Assembly: GCA_038893995.1 (NCBI GenBank)
Contig: JAWAQK010000006.1
Coordinates: 24,367 to 61,797, forward strand
Source of the DNA: Candidatus Thorarchaeota archaeon
GTDB lineage: Archaea > Asgardarchaeota > Thorarchaeia > Thorarchaeales > Thorarchaeaceae
Direction of reading: 5' to 3'
DNA length: 37,431 nucleotides
The notes below the pieces were generated by a model. The model was given only the letters and a program-made list of their open reading frames with translations, was not told where the DNA came from and did no database searches. Positions 7,725 through 17,417 of this stretch are shown here, one piece after another; position 1 is the first letter of the stretch; each line of letters begins with the position of its first letter. The position numbers and the translations under genes were made by a program.

Positions 7725-8717
7725 ATGCTTGCTGATAAGATGTCACATGTTGCACTGGAGCAGGCGGTGACACGCAGATACCTGTCCATACGTACTGACC
7801 GGGCTAGGGCGATACTCACGTTGCAACACCAGATCTCAAAGGCGGTCCGACGTTTTCTTGACGGTGAGGGATTCACTGAGTTCTTGGCGCCGATCATTGG
7901 TCCTGCGACTGACCCCGGAATCAGGGGCGCCAGAGCCCTTCGGGTCGACTTCTATGGCAAGGAGTATGTCGTGATGACGAGCATGATACTCTACAAGCAG
8001 ATGGCAGTGTCGAGCATCCCGAAGATCTACTCCTTCTCGCCGAATGTACGTCTGGAGCCAGCAGAGGGCGCGACGACTGGAAGACATCTGGCAGAGTTCT
8101 ACCAGGTCGACCTCGAGGTTGCAGAGGCGTCCCTATCAGCAGTCATGGACCTAGGTGACAGACTCCTGTCAAGTGTCATGGCAGAAGTGACTGATTCATG
8201 CAGAGAGCAGCTGGAGATGTTGGGTCGCACACTTAGACCCTCTCCCTCGCACCTGCCCAGGATCAAGTACTCAGAGGCCCTTGAATTCCTGAGTAGGGAA
8301 GGCATGGATGTTGAGTGGGGTCAGGAGATCCCGTGGGAATGCGAGAGTGTTCTCTCACAAAGGTTTGCCACGCCGTTCTGGGTGACAGACTACCCCGTCG
8401 GCTCACGGGGCTTTTACTACTTGGTTGACCCCGATGACCCCGAGATGTTGAGGTCTATGGACCTGATACTGCCGGAGGGATTCGGGGAGGTCGCTAGCGG
8501 TGGCGAGCGGGAACATGAGGCTGAGAGGGTGGTGGCCCGGATGAGAGAGAGTGGCGAGGACACGTCGAGGTACGCATGGTACATTGACATGCTGCGTCAG
8601 GGAGTACCCCCGTCTGCTGGCTTCGGCATAGGCCTCGAGCGCCTCACCAGATATGTGTGCGGAGCAAGGGAGATCTGGGAGTGTTCACCGTTTCCCAAGG
8701 TCCCAGGCATCGCCTGA
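7725..8717 (+). CDS. asnA: Archaeal asparagine synthetase A (AsnRS-like, no anticodon domain)
   Basis: Class II aaRS core only: SMILYKQM, SPNVRLE, TGRHLAEFYQVDLE, EVASGGERE, PSAGFGIGLERL. Start could be 7713, 7725 or 7740. Confidence 0.92.
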   Translation: MLADKMSHVALEQAVTRRYLSIRTDRARAILTLQHQISKAVRRFLDGEGFTEFLAPIIGPATDPGIRGARALRVDFYGKEYVVMTSMILYKQMAVSSIPKIYSFSPNVRLEPAEGATTGRHLAEFYQVDLEVAEASLSAVMDLGDRLLSSVMAEVTDSCREQLEMLGRTLRPSPSHLPRIKYSEALEFLSREGMDVEWGQEIPWECESVLSQRFATPFWVTDYPVGSRGFYYLVDPDDPEMLRSMDLILPEGFGEVASGGEREHEAERVVARMRESGEDTSRYAWYIDMLRQGVPPSAGFGIGLERLTRYVCGAREIWECSPFPKVPGIA

Positions 8718-8881
8718 TGTCTCTCTCGGGACTAGACATCTCGAGAGTTCCCATTGTTCATGCAGTCATGAAGATGGTCTAGGCAATCCCCTCTCTCGGA
8801 CGGGTGTCATCCTGCCGGGAGGCGCGACCATTCTTGCCCCCTCAGTTGTCATGTGCGAGTGATGAGGTACCCATGACAACG

Positions 8882-8892
8882 CTTTTATTAAG
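8882..8892 (+). promoter_or_regulatory. TATA-box-like element upstream of gdhA
   Basis: CTTTTATTAA about 50 nt upstream of the ATG, with a GGAGGAG SD in between. Confidence 0.55.
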
Positions 8893-8939
8893 GCGCGACC
8901 GGACCCGCACGTCCAGGATGTGGCCTGGAGGAGAATCCT

Positions 8940-10199
8940 ATGGTCAAAGAGGAAAACCCTTGGGAGAATTTTCTCATCCAGCTTAGGCAGACTGCTAAAG
9001 CGATCAATCTAGACGAGAACATATTGAAGATACTGGAGAAGCCCGCCCGCACCCTGGTCGTCAACTTTCCTGTGACGATGGACGACGGACGAATAGAGAT
9101 GTTTGAGGGTTACAGGGTGCAGCACTCGCGGGCCCGGGGTCCCTGCAAGGGTGGGATCAGATACTCACCTACGGTCAGCCTCGACGAGGTCAAGGCACTG
9201 GCTGCACTGATGACATTCAAGACTGCAGTTGTCAACCTCCCCTACGGCGGCGCCAAGGGCGGTGTGGTATGCGACCCCTTCAAGCTCTCGAAGAACGAGT
9301 TGATGAGGATCACCCGACGCTTCACATATGAAATGATGGACATGATCGGGCCAGAAGTTGACATCCCTGCCCCCGACATGAACACAAATCCACAGGTGAT
9401 GTCGTGGATTGTGGACACCTACTCGATGATGGTTGGAAGGACTGAACTTGGTGTTGTCACCGGTAAACCTCTTGAGGTTGGTGGTAGTGCCGGGAGGGTC
9501 GAGGCAACCGGACGTGGTGTCTTCACTGTGATGGAGGACGCCGTGAAACTCCTTGGAATGAACAAGTCCCATGCTACGATAGCCGTACAGGGGTTCGGAA
9601 ATGTCGGTAGCAACTTCGCAAAGATAGCTCACGCAAATGGTTACAAGGTCGTGGCCGTGGCAGATGCCTTCGGGGGTGTGTACGACCCAGAGGGTATCGA
9701 CATACCTGACCTGATCAAGTACGCAGAGGCACATCCCAAGCGCTCCGTAGAGGGCTACACAAAGGGTTCAACGATCACGAATGAGAAGCTCCTCGAGCTT
9801 GATGTATCGATACTTGCTCCATGTGCACTCGAGAACCAGATCACCGAGCACAATGCTGACAAGGTCAAGGCATCCCTGATCGTGGAGGGTGCAAACGGAC
9901 CCACGACACCCGGCGCCGACAAGATACTGAACGAACGCAAAGTGATGGTCGTTCCGGACATTCTAGCAAACGCCGGAGGTGTCACTGTCTCCTACTTCGA
10001 GTGGGTGCAGGGGCTGCAGAACCTGTTCTGGGACGAGCAGGAGGTCAATGAGAAACTCACAAAGATAATGAGTCGTTCCTTCCGCGAAGTGAGAGACACC
10101 CAGAAGAAGTACAATCTCAAGGACCTCAGGACTGCTGCGATGGCTCTCGCAGTAGAGAGGATCGCTAAGGTGATCCAGCTGAGAGGTATATTCCCATAA
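8940..10199 (+). CDS. gdhA: Glutamate dehydrogenase (Glu/Leu/Phe/Val family)
   Basis: RGPCKGGIRY, LPYGGAKGG, DIPAPD, VVTGKP, QGFGNVG, EGANGP, NAGGVTVSYFEWVQ. Confidence 0.96.
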   Translation: MVKEENPWENFLIQLRQTAKAINLDENILKILEKPARTLVVNFPVTMDDGRIEMFEGYRVQHSRARGPCKGGIRYSPTVSLDEVKALAALMTFKTAVVNLPYGGAKGGVVCDPFKLSKNELMRITRRFTYEMMDMIGPEVDIPAPDMNTNPQVMSWIVDTYSMMVGRTELGVVTGKPLEVGGSAGRVEATGRGVFTVMEDAVKLLGMNKSHATIAVQGFGNVGSNFAKIAHANGYKVVAVADAFGGVYDPEGIDIPDLIKYAEAHPKRSVEGYTKGSTITNEKLLELDVSILAPCALENQITEHNADKVKASLIVEGANGPTTPGADKILNERKVMVVPDILANAGGVTVSYFEWVQGLQNLFWDEQEVNEKLTKIMSRSFREVRDTQKKYNLKDLRTAAMALAVERIAKVIQLRGIFP

Positions 10200-10207
10200 G
10201 TGCTACA

Positions 10208-10235
10208 GGCAGGGCGGGACATGTTCTCCCCTGCC
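10208..10235 (+). terminator. GC-rich hairpin just after gdhA (terminator or 3' stability element)
   Basis: GGCAGGG...CCCTGCC arms with further G-U-containing pairing inside. No T-run follows. Confidence 0.4.
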
Positions 10236-10404
10236 ACAATCTCCCAGTCGTTGGAGTCATCCACATCTGACATTGCGTCCAGATATGGCACTGGACGACC
10301 AATGCTTCATATGCCTACTTCTTTCGTGAACTGATCGGCCTTAGCACTGCTGATGTCGGGCCAGACGAGATACCCTTTAGAATCAACGCTCCAGTCCTTG
10401 TCTG

Positions 10405-11874
10405 ATGCTAGGACTCCTACAACTCGTCATGCACATGGCCATCTACTCCCTCTCAGGGACAGTCCTGTACGCACTCAGGAACAGGCTGGGGCTTATTCCT
10501 TTCTACATCTATATCGGGATACTGCAGGTCCTGACTACTCTCATGAGCGGCTTCTACGTCCTTGACGTGGGATGGGGTGTGCAGATCGGCGGGGGAAGTA
10601 TCGCCTATGCGGGGGTCGTGTGGTGCGTCCTGCTACTCTACTTGGTCGAGAGAGACTTGGATACCGCAAAGGCGGTGATCCTTGGCATCCTTGCTGTTCA
10701 GTTCGTGTTCCTATTGCTCTATCCATACTACGCACTGCTGTTGACGTCCGAGTACGCGAACAACCCGCTGGCGATTCCATCGGCTCTATTCGATGTCAGT
10801 TTCGGGATATTCTGGGTCGGAAATCTCCTCGCTCTCCTTGAGATGGTCCTGATGATATTCATGGTGGAGAGAGCCATCAGGGCCATGCCGCATGTACCGT
10901 CTGCTGTCCTTGCAGCCCTCGTATACTGCACGATCATGGTAATCGACAGCATACTGTTTCCACTCTTCGCGTTTCCGGTCACTCAGTCGGTATCGATCAT
11001 CTTGGGTCTCAGTTCACTGCTCGGAAAGCTGATGCTGGGAGTCGGCTACGGGGCGGTTCTTACTGTGGCAGCAGGGTTCCTGGTCGAACAACATGTCATT
11101 CGCGATGGGAAAGTTGCAATTAGCTTTGCAGATATGATATCTCTTCCTAAGACAGAAGTCATACGTGCCTGGCGCAGAGCCGAGGAGAACCAAGAGATGG
11201 TCTGGCTTCTGCTTGATCTAATGGGCCACGATCTGAGGAACTACAACGAGATGACGCTCAAGATGTTGGAACTCCTGCAGTTTCTTCACCCTGATCTTGG
11301 CGCCGATGCCCTCGGTCGTCTGGACGAGATACGCCGTGTCGTGCAGCAGGCAGTGGACCTTGTAGACAACGTGCACACGCTCGGGATGCTCAACGATAGA
11401 AAAGTGGTACAGGAGAAGGTGGAACTCTACCAATTCTTCAGTAGTGCAAGAGACCGCCTGATGGCGTCTTTCAGCGATGTTTCAGTCGTCATCAACGGGG
11501 ATGAAGCACTGAAGGACATGACTGTCGTGGGCCATCCCCTGTTCGAGAGAGTCTTTTACAACATTCTCTCGAACATGGTGAAACATCGCAGACCCAGTGG
11601 CGACACTGTCCACATAGATCTGAAGGTAGAGAGTGAGGGAAGGTCTGTCCACGTGGTCCTGATGGATGACGGGCCCGGCATTCCAGATCGTGAGAAGATT
11701 ACTGTATTCGATAGTCTTAGAAAGAGACCACGTCATAGGGGTTTTGGGTTGTTCCTGGTCAAGGCCATAATGGACCTGCTTGGAGGCGAGATATGGATTG
11801 AGAACAGACCCGATGCGCGAGGGGACTACACCCTGGGCACGGCCTTTCACATGAGGTTCCTAGTCCCGCGTTGA
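10405..11874 (+). CDS. Membrane sensor histidine kinase; N-terminal multi-TM domain resembles VUT/YhhQ (Vut_1) transporters
   Basis: About 6-7 hydrophobic helices in the first ~230 aa; H-box LMGHDLRN, N-box VFYNILSNMVKH, G1 DDGPGIP, G2 GFGLFLV. Confidence 0.9.
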   Translation: MLGLLQLVMHMAIYSLSGTVLYALRNRLGLIPFYIYIGILQVLTTLMSGFYVLDVGWGVQIGGGSIAYAGVVWCVLLLYLVERDLDTAKAVILGILAVQFVFLLLYPYYALLLTSEYANNPLAIPSALFDVSFGIFWVGNLLALLEMVLMIFMVERAIRAMPHVPSAVLAALVYCTIMVIDSILFPLFAFPVTQSVSIILGLSSLLGKLMLGVGYGAVLTVAAGFLVEQHVIRDGKVAISFADMISLPKTEVIRAWRRAEENQEMVWLLLDLMGHDLRNYNEMTLKMLELLQFLHPDLGADALGRLDEIRRVVQQAVDLVDNVHTLGMLNDRKVVQEKVELYQFFSSARDRLMASFSDVSVVINGDEALKDMTVVGHPLFERVFYNILSNMVKHRRPSGDTVHIDLKVESEGRSVHVVLMDDGPGIPDREKITVFDSLRKRPRHRGFGLFLVKAIMDLLGGEIWIENRPDARGDYTLGTAFHMRFLVPR

Positions 11875-12145
11875 GTGACAAGCCTGTGGCCAAGACAAAA
11901 CACTTTTGTCCATCACCTCATCACTGCACTGATCCTGTGGCCCTTGTCTATCCCCGTCCTGCGACCCGTATCAGATACCATTGAGGAATCCTTATGTTGC
12001 TACTACCATTGACACATGCCTCACAGATGGCATACTAGGCGTCCGACACGTGTCTTGAGACCACGTTCTGTACCGGGGATTGCCAAGTACTGAACGCGTC
12101 AGTGGACCGATGCCCATTGTCTATGCTCATGGAGATGATCCAAGA

Positions 12146-13138
12146 GTGTCTGAAAGTGCAGTCGAGATAGTCGATCTCTCAAAGACATTCGTCTCAGTCC
12201 GAAGGAGGGCCATTATCATTCCGGTGGAGCATAGATTGGTCCACGCCTTGAGGAACGTGAGCCTAGACATACCGAGGGGCAAGACATACGGGATCCTCGG
12301 TCCAAACGGGGCAGGCAAGACAACTCTGATCAAGATACTGGCCACGCTCGTGCTCCCTACGTCAGGCACGGCCCGCGTGAATGGCTATGATATCCTCAGG
12401 GATCCCACATCCGTTCGCGCTTCAATAGGAGTCTGTCAGGGAAACGAGAGGAGTATCTACTGGAAACTGACACCGAGAGAGAATCTCATCTTCTTCGCCA
12501 AGCTGTACCGAATGAATGCTAAAGAGTCAAGAGAGAGGGCAGACGAGCTGCTTGGTCGAATGGGTCTGCTAGACAAGGCAGACGAGAAGGTAGAGAACCT
12601 GTCCCATGGAATGCGTATGAAGATAGTTTTTGCCAGGTCCCTGCTGCACGACCCGCCCATTCTGCTACTGGATGAACCAACTCAGGGTCTGGACCCTACA
12701 TTTGCCACCGACCTCAGAAACTACATCAGAGACGAGCTGCGGGACCGTACGATCCTACTGACCACACACTACATGCACGAGGCAGATCTGCTGTGCGACA
12801 AGATTGCACTGATAAATGATGGGGTGATACAGTCTCTGGGAACCCCCAAAGAACTCAAGGAGGCGGTACGGGACTATGACAGTCTTCACATCACTGTCAC
12901 CGGAACGCCGGACATAGAGGCAATACGGAAACTCGATCTCGTGATGTCAGCATTCACTAGAACAAGAGGCAGTCACACCGAGGTTGTTGTCACTTCCCAC
13001 GATGGGTATGAGCTCGCCCATAGGATATTGACACTGCTCCACGAGACGCCGGGTATTCGAGTGGAGCACTTTGAGGTCAAAGAACCGACGCTCGACGATG
13101 TGTTCCTACAACTGACAGGCAGGAGGATTGAAGACTGA
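12146..13138 (+). CDS. ABC transporter ATP-binding protein (DrrA/NodI-like exporter ATPase)
   Basis: Walker A GPNGAGKTT, signature LSHGM, Walker B LLLDEPT, TTHYMHEA, C-terminal EPTLDDVFL. Start inferred at GTG 12146; the ORF is open from 12080. Confidence 0.93.
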   Translation: MSESAVEIVDLSKTFVSVRRRAIIIPVEHRLVHALRNVSLDIPRGKTYGILGPNGAGKTTLIKILATLVLPTSGTARVNGYDILRDPTSVRASIGVCQGNERSIYWKLTPRENLIFFAKLYRMNAKESRERADELLGRMGLLDKADEKVENLSHGMRMKIVFARSLLHDPPILLLDEPTQGLDPTFATDLRNYIRDELRDRTILLTTHYMHEADLLCDKIALINDGVIQSLGTPKELKEAVRDYDSLHITVTGTPDIEAIRKLDLVMSAFTRTRGSHTEVVVTSHDGYELAHRILTLLHETPGIRVEHFEVKEPTLDDVFLQLTGRRIED

Positions 13139-13140
13139 CC

Positions 13141-14037
13141 ATGTCATCTGGCGTAGAGGCAGCGGTCTCACACCAGACCGGACGGGGACACTCCAGAGAC
13201 TTCAGATCCAGATATCTAGACTGGCATGCTGTGGGAGTCTTCGCTGCCAAGAATCTAAGGATTGCCGTCAGGTATCCTGCCAACTGGATAATCTGGGGTT
13301 TTCTGCCCGTATTGTGGTTTGCCCCGTACCTCCTGATGATGATTGCAATATCAGGTCCGGGGACGAGCCAGAGTTTTGAGCAGATCTCTGGCTTCAGTGA
13401 TTTCATTGCCTTTTCGATCATCGGTGTGTTTGTCTACCAGTACGTCGACAAGAGTGTGTGGAGCATAGGGAACAACTTCCGTTGGGAGCAGTTCAGTGGG
13501 ACACTCGAGCCACTCTTTGTGACTCCGGTCCCGCGGACCAGTATCCTGCTTGGTGCTGCGCTGTCGGACACAGTCCAGGTCACATTCTCCGCACTTGTGC
13601 TCCTAGGATTCTCCTCGTTTCTGTTTGGTGTGAGCTATGCCACCAGCACAGTCCTACCGATCCTAGTCATGCTCATCATGATGCTCCTCGGTCTGTACGG
13701 CTTCAGCTTTGTGCTTGCAGGTCTCATCATCGTCTTCAAAGACCCCAATGTACTGACGCAACTTGTTTCGAATGTCACCTACGTGCTCTCGCCGATCACC
13801 TACCCCCTACAGGCCCTGCCGGGTCCGGTCCGGTTCGCCGCTGTGTTTGTGCCATCGACAATAGCCATGATCACCATAAGGGATCTAGCCATGACGGGCT
13901 GGTTTGAACCAGTGAGCTATCTCAACGCTCTCTCAGTGCTGACGCTCGTAGTGAGTCTGTTCTGGTTGATCGGTCTACTGACCTTCAGGTACGCAGACAG
14001 ATGGGTCCGAGAGAGAGGAACTATGGGAGGTTTCTAG
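13141..14037 (+). CDS. ABC-2 type permease
   Basis: Six TM helices; EQFSGTLEPLFVTP and YPLQALP motifs; operonic with the ATPase. Confidence 0.92.
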   Translation: MSSGVEAAVSHQTGRGHSRDFRSRYLDWHAVGVFAAKNLRIAVRYPANWIIWGFLPVLWFAPYLLMMIAISGPGTSQSFEQISGFSDFIAFSIIGVFVYQYVDKSVWSIGNNFRWEQFSGTLEPLFVTPVPRTSILLGAALSDTVQVTFSALVLLGFSSFLFGVSYATSTVLPILVMLIMMLLGLYGFSFVLAGLIIVFKDPNVLTQLVSNVTYVLSPITYPLQALPGPVRFAAVFVPSTIAMITIRDLAMTGWFEPVSYLNALSVLTLVVSLFWLIGLLTFRYADRWVRERGTMGGF

Positions 14038-14038
14038 A

Positions 14039-14899
14039 ATGACTCTCAGGTACGACATACTGAACAGGGGAGGGGCGCGCTCGGAGATTAGGGCTGCACT
14101 GGCGATAGCCATCAACATATGGAGAGTCGAGCTCAGTTATCCCCTCAGTGTGTTGTGGTTCATCCTGATGCCGTTTCTCTGGTTCATACCCATGCTCATT
14201 ACTGGGCATGCCGTTGCAGGAGGACCGGAATCCTCCATACTGTACAGCTATACTGGTACGCGCGACTGGATAACTTATGTGGCCGTTGGAACATCCATCA
14301 CAGGGCTGACCATAAGTCTGATGTGGGGGACAGGGTTCTCATTGAGACGTGAGCAGAACTCGGGAACACTCGAGACACTGATGTCAACCCCTGTTGGCAG
14401 GAGTACTGTGGTGTGGGGGTCGATGCTGCATAACCTACAGCACGGTGGGCTGGGAGTCCTACTACAGCTCCTGGCAGCAGTGGTCTTCTTTGGCGTGACC
14501 ATCGACGCATGGGGTATCTTTCCTGCACTCGGAATCATTGCTCTTGCTGTGTTGGGGCTGCAGGGTATTGCATTTGCGGTAGCTTGTATAGTGCTGTTGG
14601 CGAAGCAGGGCTGGATGCTGGTAGACTTCATCTCAGGCACACTGATACTTGTTGCACCAATGGCGTATCCCCTGGCTGTCCTACCGCCCATTGTACAATA
14701 CATCTCCGTCATGTCTCCCCTGACGTGGAGCGTCGAGGGATTCCGCGGTTTCCTCATGAACGGGCTTGCATATCAGGGAGTAGTGCAAGCTGTAGCCAGT
14801 CTGCTAGTTGTCGATGCCGTCTTCTTTGCATTCGGTCTTGTGATGTTCAGGTACACGGAGCGGTACGTCAGAGAGAAGGGAGCACTCGAACACTTCTGA
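14039..14899 (+). CDS. ABC-2 type permease
   Basis: EQNSGTLETLMSTP, YPLAVLP and SPLTW motifs; paralogous to the preceding gene. Confidence 0.92.
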   Translation: MTLRYDILNRGGARSEIRAALAIAINIWRVELSYPLSVLWFILMPFLWFIPMLITGHAVAGGPESSILYSYTGTRDWITYVAVGTSITGLTISLMWGTGFSLRREQNSGTLETLMSTPVGRSTVVWGSMLHNLQHGGLGVLLQLLAAVVFFGVTIDAWGIFPALGIIALAVLGLQGIAFAVACIVLLAKQGWMLVDFISGTLILVAPMAYPLAVLPPIVQYISVMSPLTWSVEGFRGFLMNGLAYQGVVQAVASLLVVDAVFFAFGLVMFRYTERYVREKGALEHF

Positions 14900-15049
14900 C
14901 CGGCTTGATGGCGGAGTTGGTCACACCGCGCGCATGTATCACATTCTGTCCTCAATTCCAGATCCAAATCACATCTGAGGGTCTTCCGACAGACCCAATG
15001 CACATATGCCGTACCAGCCACTGTTCCTTCGGTTGTCCAACCGTGAACC

Positions 15050-16117
15050 CCCGCTATGAGTTAGACTCGTGGTTTGCAGGATACCTGAGACTGTGCATTG
15101 TGCTCTCACTCGCGTCCGCGTTGGGTTACAGGCTACGGGTCATCGATGCCACTGCGTTCGGAATTGTACTCGTCTCGACATGGGGGCTTTCCCCTGCTTC
15201 TAATGACACTCTCCGTCCTTGGTAGACGTCCGGGGAAATCCATCACCTAATCAATGTACTACTTGACGTTCTCTGAGACTCTTGGTGCTGGTGCAAGAGC
15301 ATAGACTCCGACGCATAGGGAGGTTGTTGAACGCAAGGTCCTGGTGGCAGGCTACGTATCGGTGTGCATGTTCACACTGTCCTATCCCTCCTGGCCTACC
15401 TAATGGTCCTGGGGGCCAATCCGACACCGGTGAGCATGCTCTCGCTACTATTCAGTATCATCGTATCTGGTGTCATTGGCTTTCCGCCGTTGTCCAGAAT
15501 GTCGGGATCACAGCCAAGTGATGTCAATGTGCCGGACCGGGTCCCCATCGTCGTCACACTCCTCTTTCTCACACTCGCTCCGTACATCTTGGCTGGTCTC
15601 GCGGTTCTCGACGTGGTGCTGGTCTCCGGATGAACCGTTCATGTGGCAGGAAGACAGCTCGCGACACCTGAATCGTCGACATGGAGAGCATTGACACGTC
15701 TGGTTCTACTGCACACTCTGTCGGATGCAGTCTGTCGTTGCTGCCGCTGGGGCTGGAAGTAGTGGCACTGGGCAGAGCCTGGTGGCTTTGCTGAGATACT
15801 CTGGTTTCTCCAGAGATGTTCCGCTGCCAGTCGCCTTTGGCATCTTCCACACGTCGTGGATGCTCACTACGGCCGGACTAGCGATGCGAGAACATATGTC
15901 GAGGGAGTCGCCGACGTCGTCCGGCCGCCTCATGTTGATGGGTTCGGTCTTCGCAAATGTGGAGGTCGCAAACAATGTTCAACGACTCACGGTTGATGTG
16001 GGTACCGTCGAGGGGGCTGGGCTGCTCATGCCTCTGGAATACCCTCTCTACCGGCTCATCAGGGCAGTCGTTCAGATCATAGCATTCGTTGCTGTTTTCG
16101 TCAAGACCGTGCGATGA
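15050..16117 (+). pseudogene. Probable decayed multi-pass membrane protein gene(s)
   Basis: Successive short hydrophobic plus-strand fragments in different frames (tail of 14509-15225, 15364-15633, 15725-16117) in an otherwise gene-dense window. No intact long ORF. Confidence 0.35.
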
Positions 16118-16367
16118 GTCTGGCGTGGAAGATCTACTCATCTACAACTCCTGAATCTATTCTGATGTGGTGAAAGTGTTGAGCTGACGACGGACTCGGT
16201 CGGGCATGGTACACACTCTAGCAGTACCGGACGCTAGAGGTCAGAGATCTGGTTCCACATGCAGCGCAGCTGCTCTCATGCCGTCGGCGGTATCCTGGGC
16301 CCCCTGAAGACGAGATCCGTAGACCTACCGACACTGTCTTAGGTTGACAGCATTCGCTCCATCACTC

Positions 16368-17279
16368 ATGCAGACTGTGGATACTCTGATAGGTGCATCG
16401 TTTGGCCTGCTCGGCGCCGTTCTGTTTGCTATCTCTGTGGTCGTATACAGGTCGCAGAGTGACAGGATTGCACCGATAGCAGTTGGCTCCATAAAGATGT
16501 GGGCCTCGATTCCACTCATGTTAGGCCTTGTCGTGATCCAGGGCACCGAGGCGCTCTTCGAGATGTCTGCAGAAACGACCATCATCCTGTCACTATCTGT
16601 CATGTTCAGTGCAGTCGTGGGCGATACCATCTACATACGCAGCCAGGAACTGGTCGGAGTCTCATACGCATTCCCGATTGCAATGTCCTTTCCCCTGATC
16701 ACATACATCATGACCGTGACTCTCCTAGGCGAACAGTTTGTTGCACTCAGACTCGTAGGAGCGGCAATCACGGTCGCTGGTGTGGTCATTCTCTCTAACG
16801 AACAACACAGAAAGAAGCGAGAGGACATGGAGACCTCGAGTCGGAAGAGTGTATTGGGTCTGGCGTTGGCCTTCGTCACTGCTCTACTCTGGGCCGGGGG
16901 CGTAGTCATACTTCAGGTGGGGGTATCCGAAGTAGACCCTGTGCCGGCCAATTTCATCAGAGTCATTGTTGGCTCTGTCGCCTTTGTGCCTATCTATGCC
17001 TTGGGACGGCACACCGGAATGCGATCCCCCAACTCAAGGACCGCCGCACTGGTGGCCATCACTGGCTTCTTCGGGATGGGTGTCGGGTCCCTAATGCACG
17101 TCTTTGCGGTCAAGCTGGCCGGCGCGGCCATCACATCAGTCGTTGGTGCCACCTCACCCCTGTTTGCAGTGCCCTTCTCGATGGTCCTCCTGAGAGAGAA
17201 GGTCGGAATGAGGGCTCTCGCCGGGATCATGGCAACCGTCGTCGGGGTCATCTTGGTTGTGATTGCTCCATATCCCTGA
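16368..17279 (+). CDS. DMT/EamA-family transporter
   Basis: Ten TM helices in two repeats (GDTIYIRSQELVGVSYAFPI...LLGEQ; SPLFAVPFSMVLLREKVG). ATG at 16368; ORF open from 16344. Confidence 0.92.
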   Translation: MQTVDTLIGASFGLLGAVLFAISVVVYRSQSDRIAPIAVGSIKMWASIPLMLGLVVIQGTEALFEMSAETTIILSLSVMFSAVVGDTIYIRSQELVGVSYAFPIAMSFPLITYIMTVTLLGEQFVALRLVGAAITVAGVVILSNEQHRKKREDMETSSRKSVLGLALAFVTALLWAGGVVILQVGVSEVDPVPANFIRVIVGSVAFVPIYALGRHTGMRSPNSRTAALVAITGFFGMGVGSLMHVFAVKLAGAAITSVVGATSPLFAVPFSMVLLREKVGMRALAGIMATVVGVILVVIAPYP

Positions 17280-17372
17280 GTCCTCTCGCAGATGGTCTGG
17301 CAGTGCCTTGCTGCTAGACGTGCGCGAAGGATACACCAGTCGGGTCGGAAGACGCTGGTAGACATGTACACA

Positions 17373-17400
17373 ACCGTTATAAATAATATATATTATTATC
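17373..17400 (+). promoter_or_regulatory. TATA box with overlapping perfect 16-bp AT palindrome upstream of the second GTPase
   Basis: TTATAAA followed by AATAATATATATTATT (17382-17397), ending about 20 nt before ATG 17418. Confidence 0.6.
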
Positions 17401-17417
17401 TCATAGGGTTCAGGGAG

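Noticed and set aside
7725-8717. Asparaginyl- or aspartyl-tRNA synthetase call
   Set aside because: It lacks the N-terminal OB anticodon domain; length and motifs fit archaeal asparagine synthetase A.
1-11874. A single nitrogen-sensing supercluster linking the NPRL2-like gene with lrp/asnA/gdhA
   Set aside because: Unrelated genes (pncBA, Fe-S pair, thrS) intervene, and proximity alone is not evidence.
14509-15225. 238-aa ORF overlapping the second ABC permease
   Set aside because: Mostly an off-frame shadow with Cys/Arg-rich composition; only its hydrophobic tail may belong to the decayed region.
17292-17417. 42-aa N-terminal extension of the second GTPase
   Set aside because: It runs through an AT-rich TATA region; ATG 17418 fits the G-domain start.
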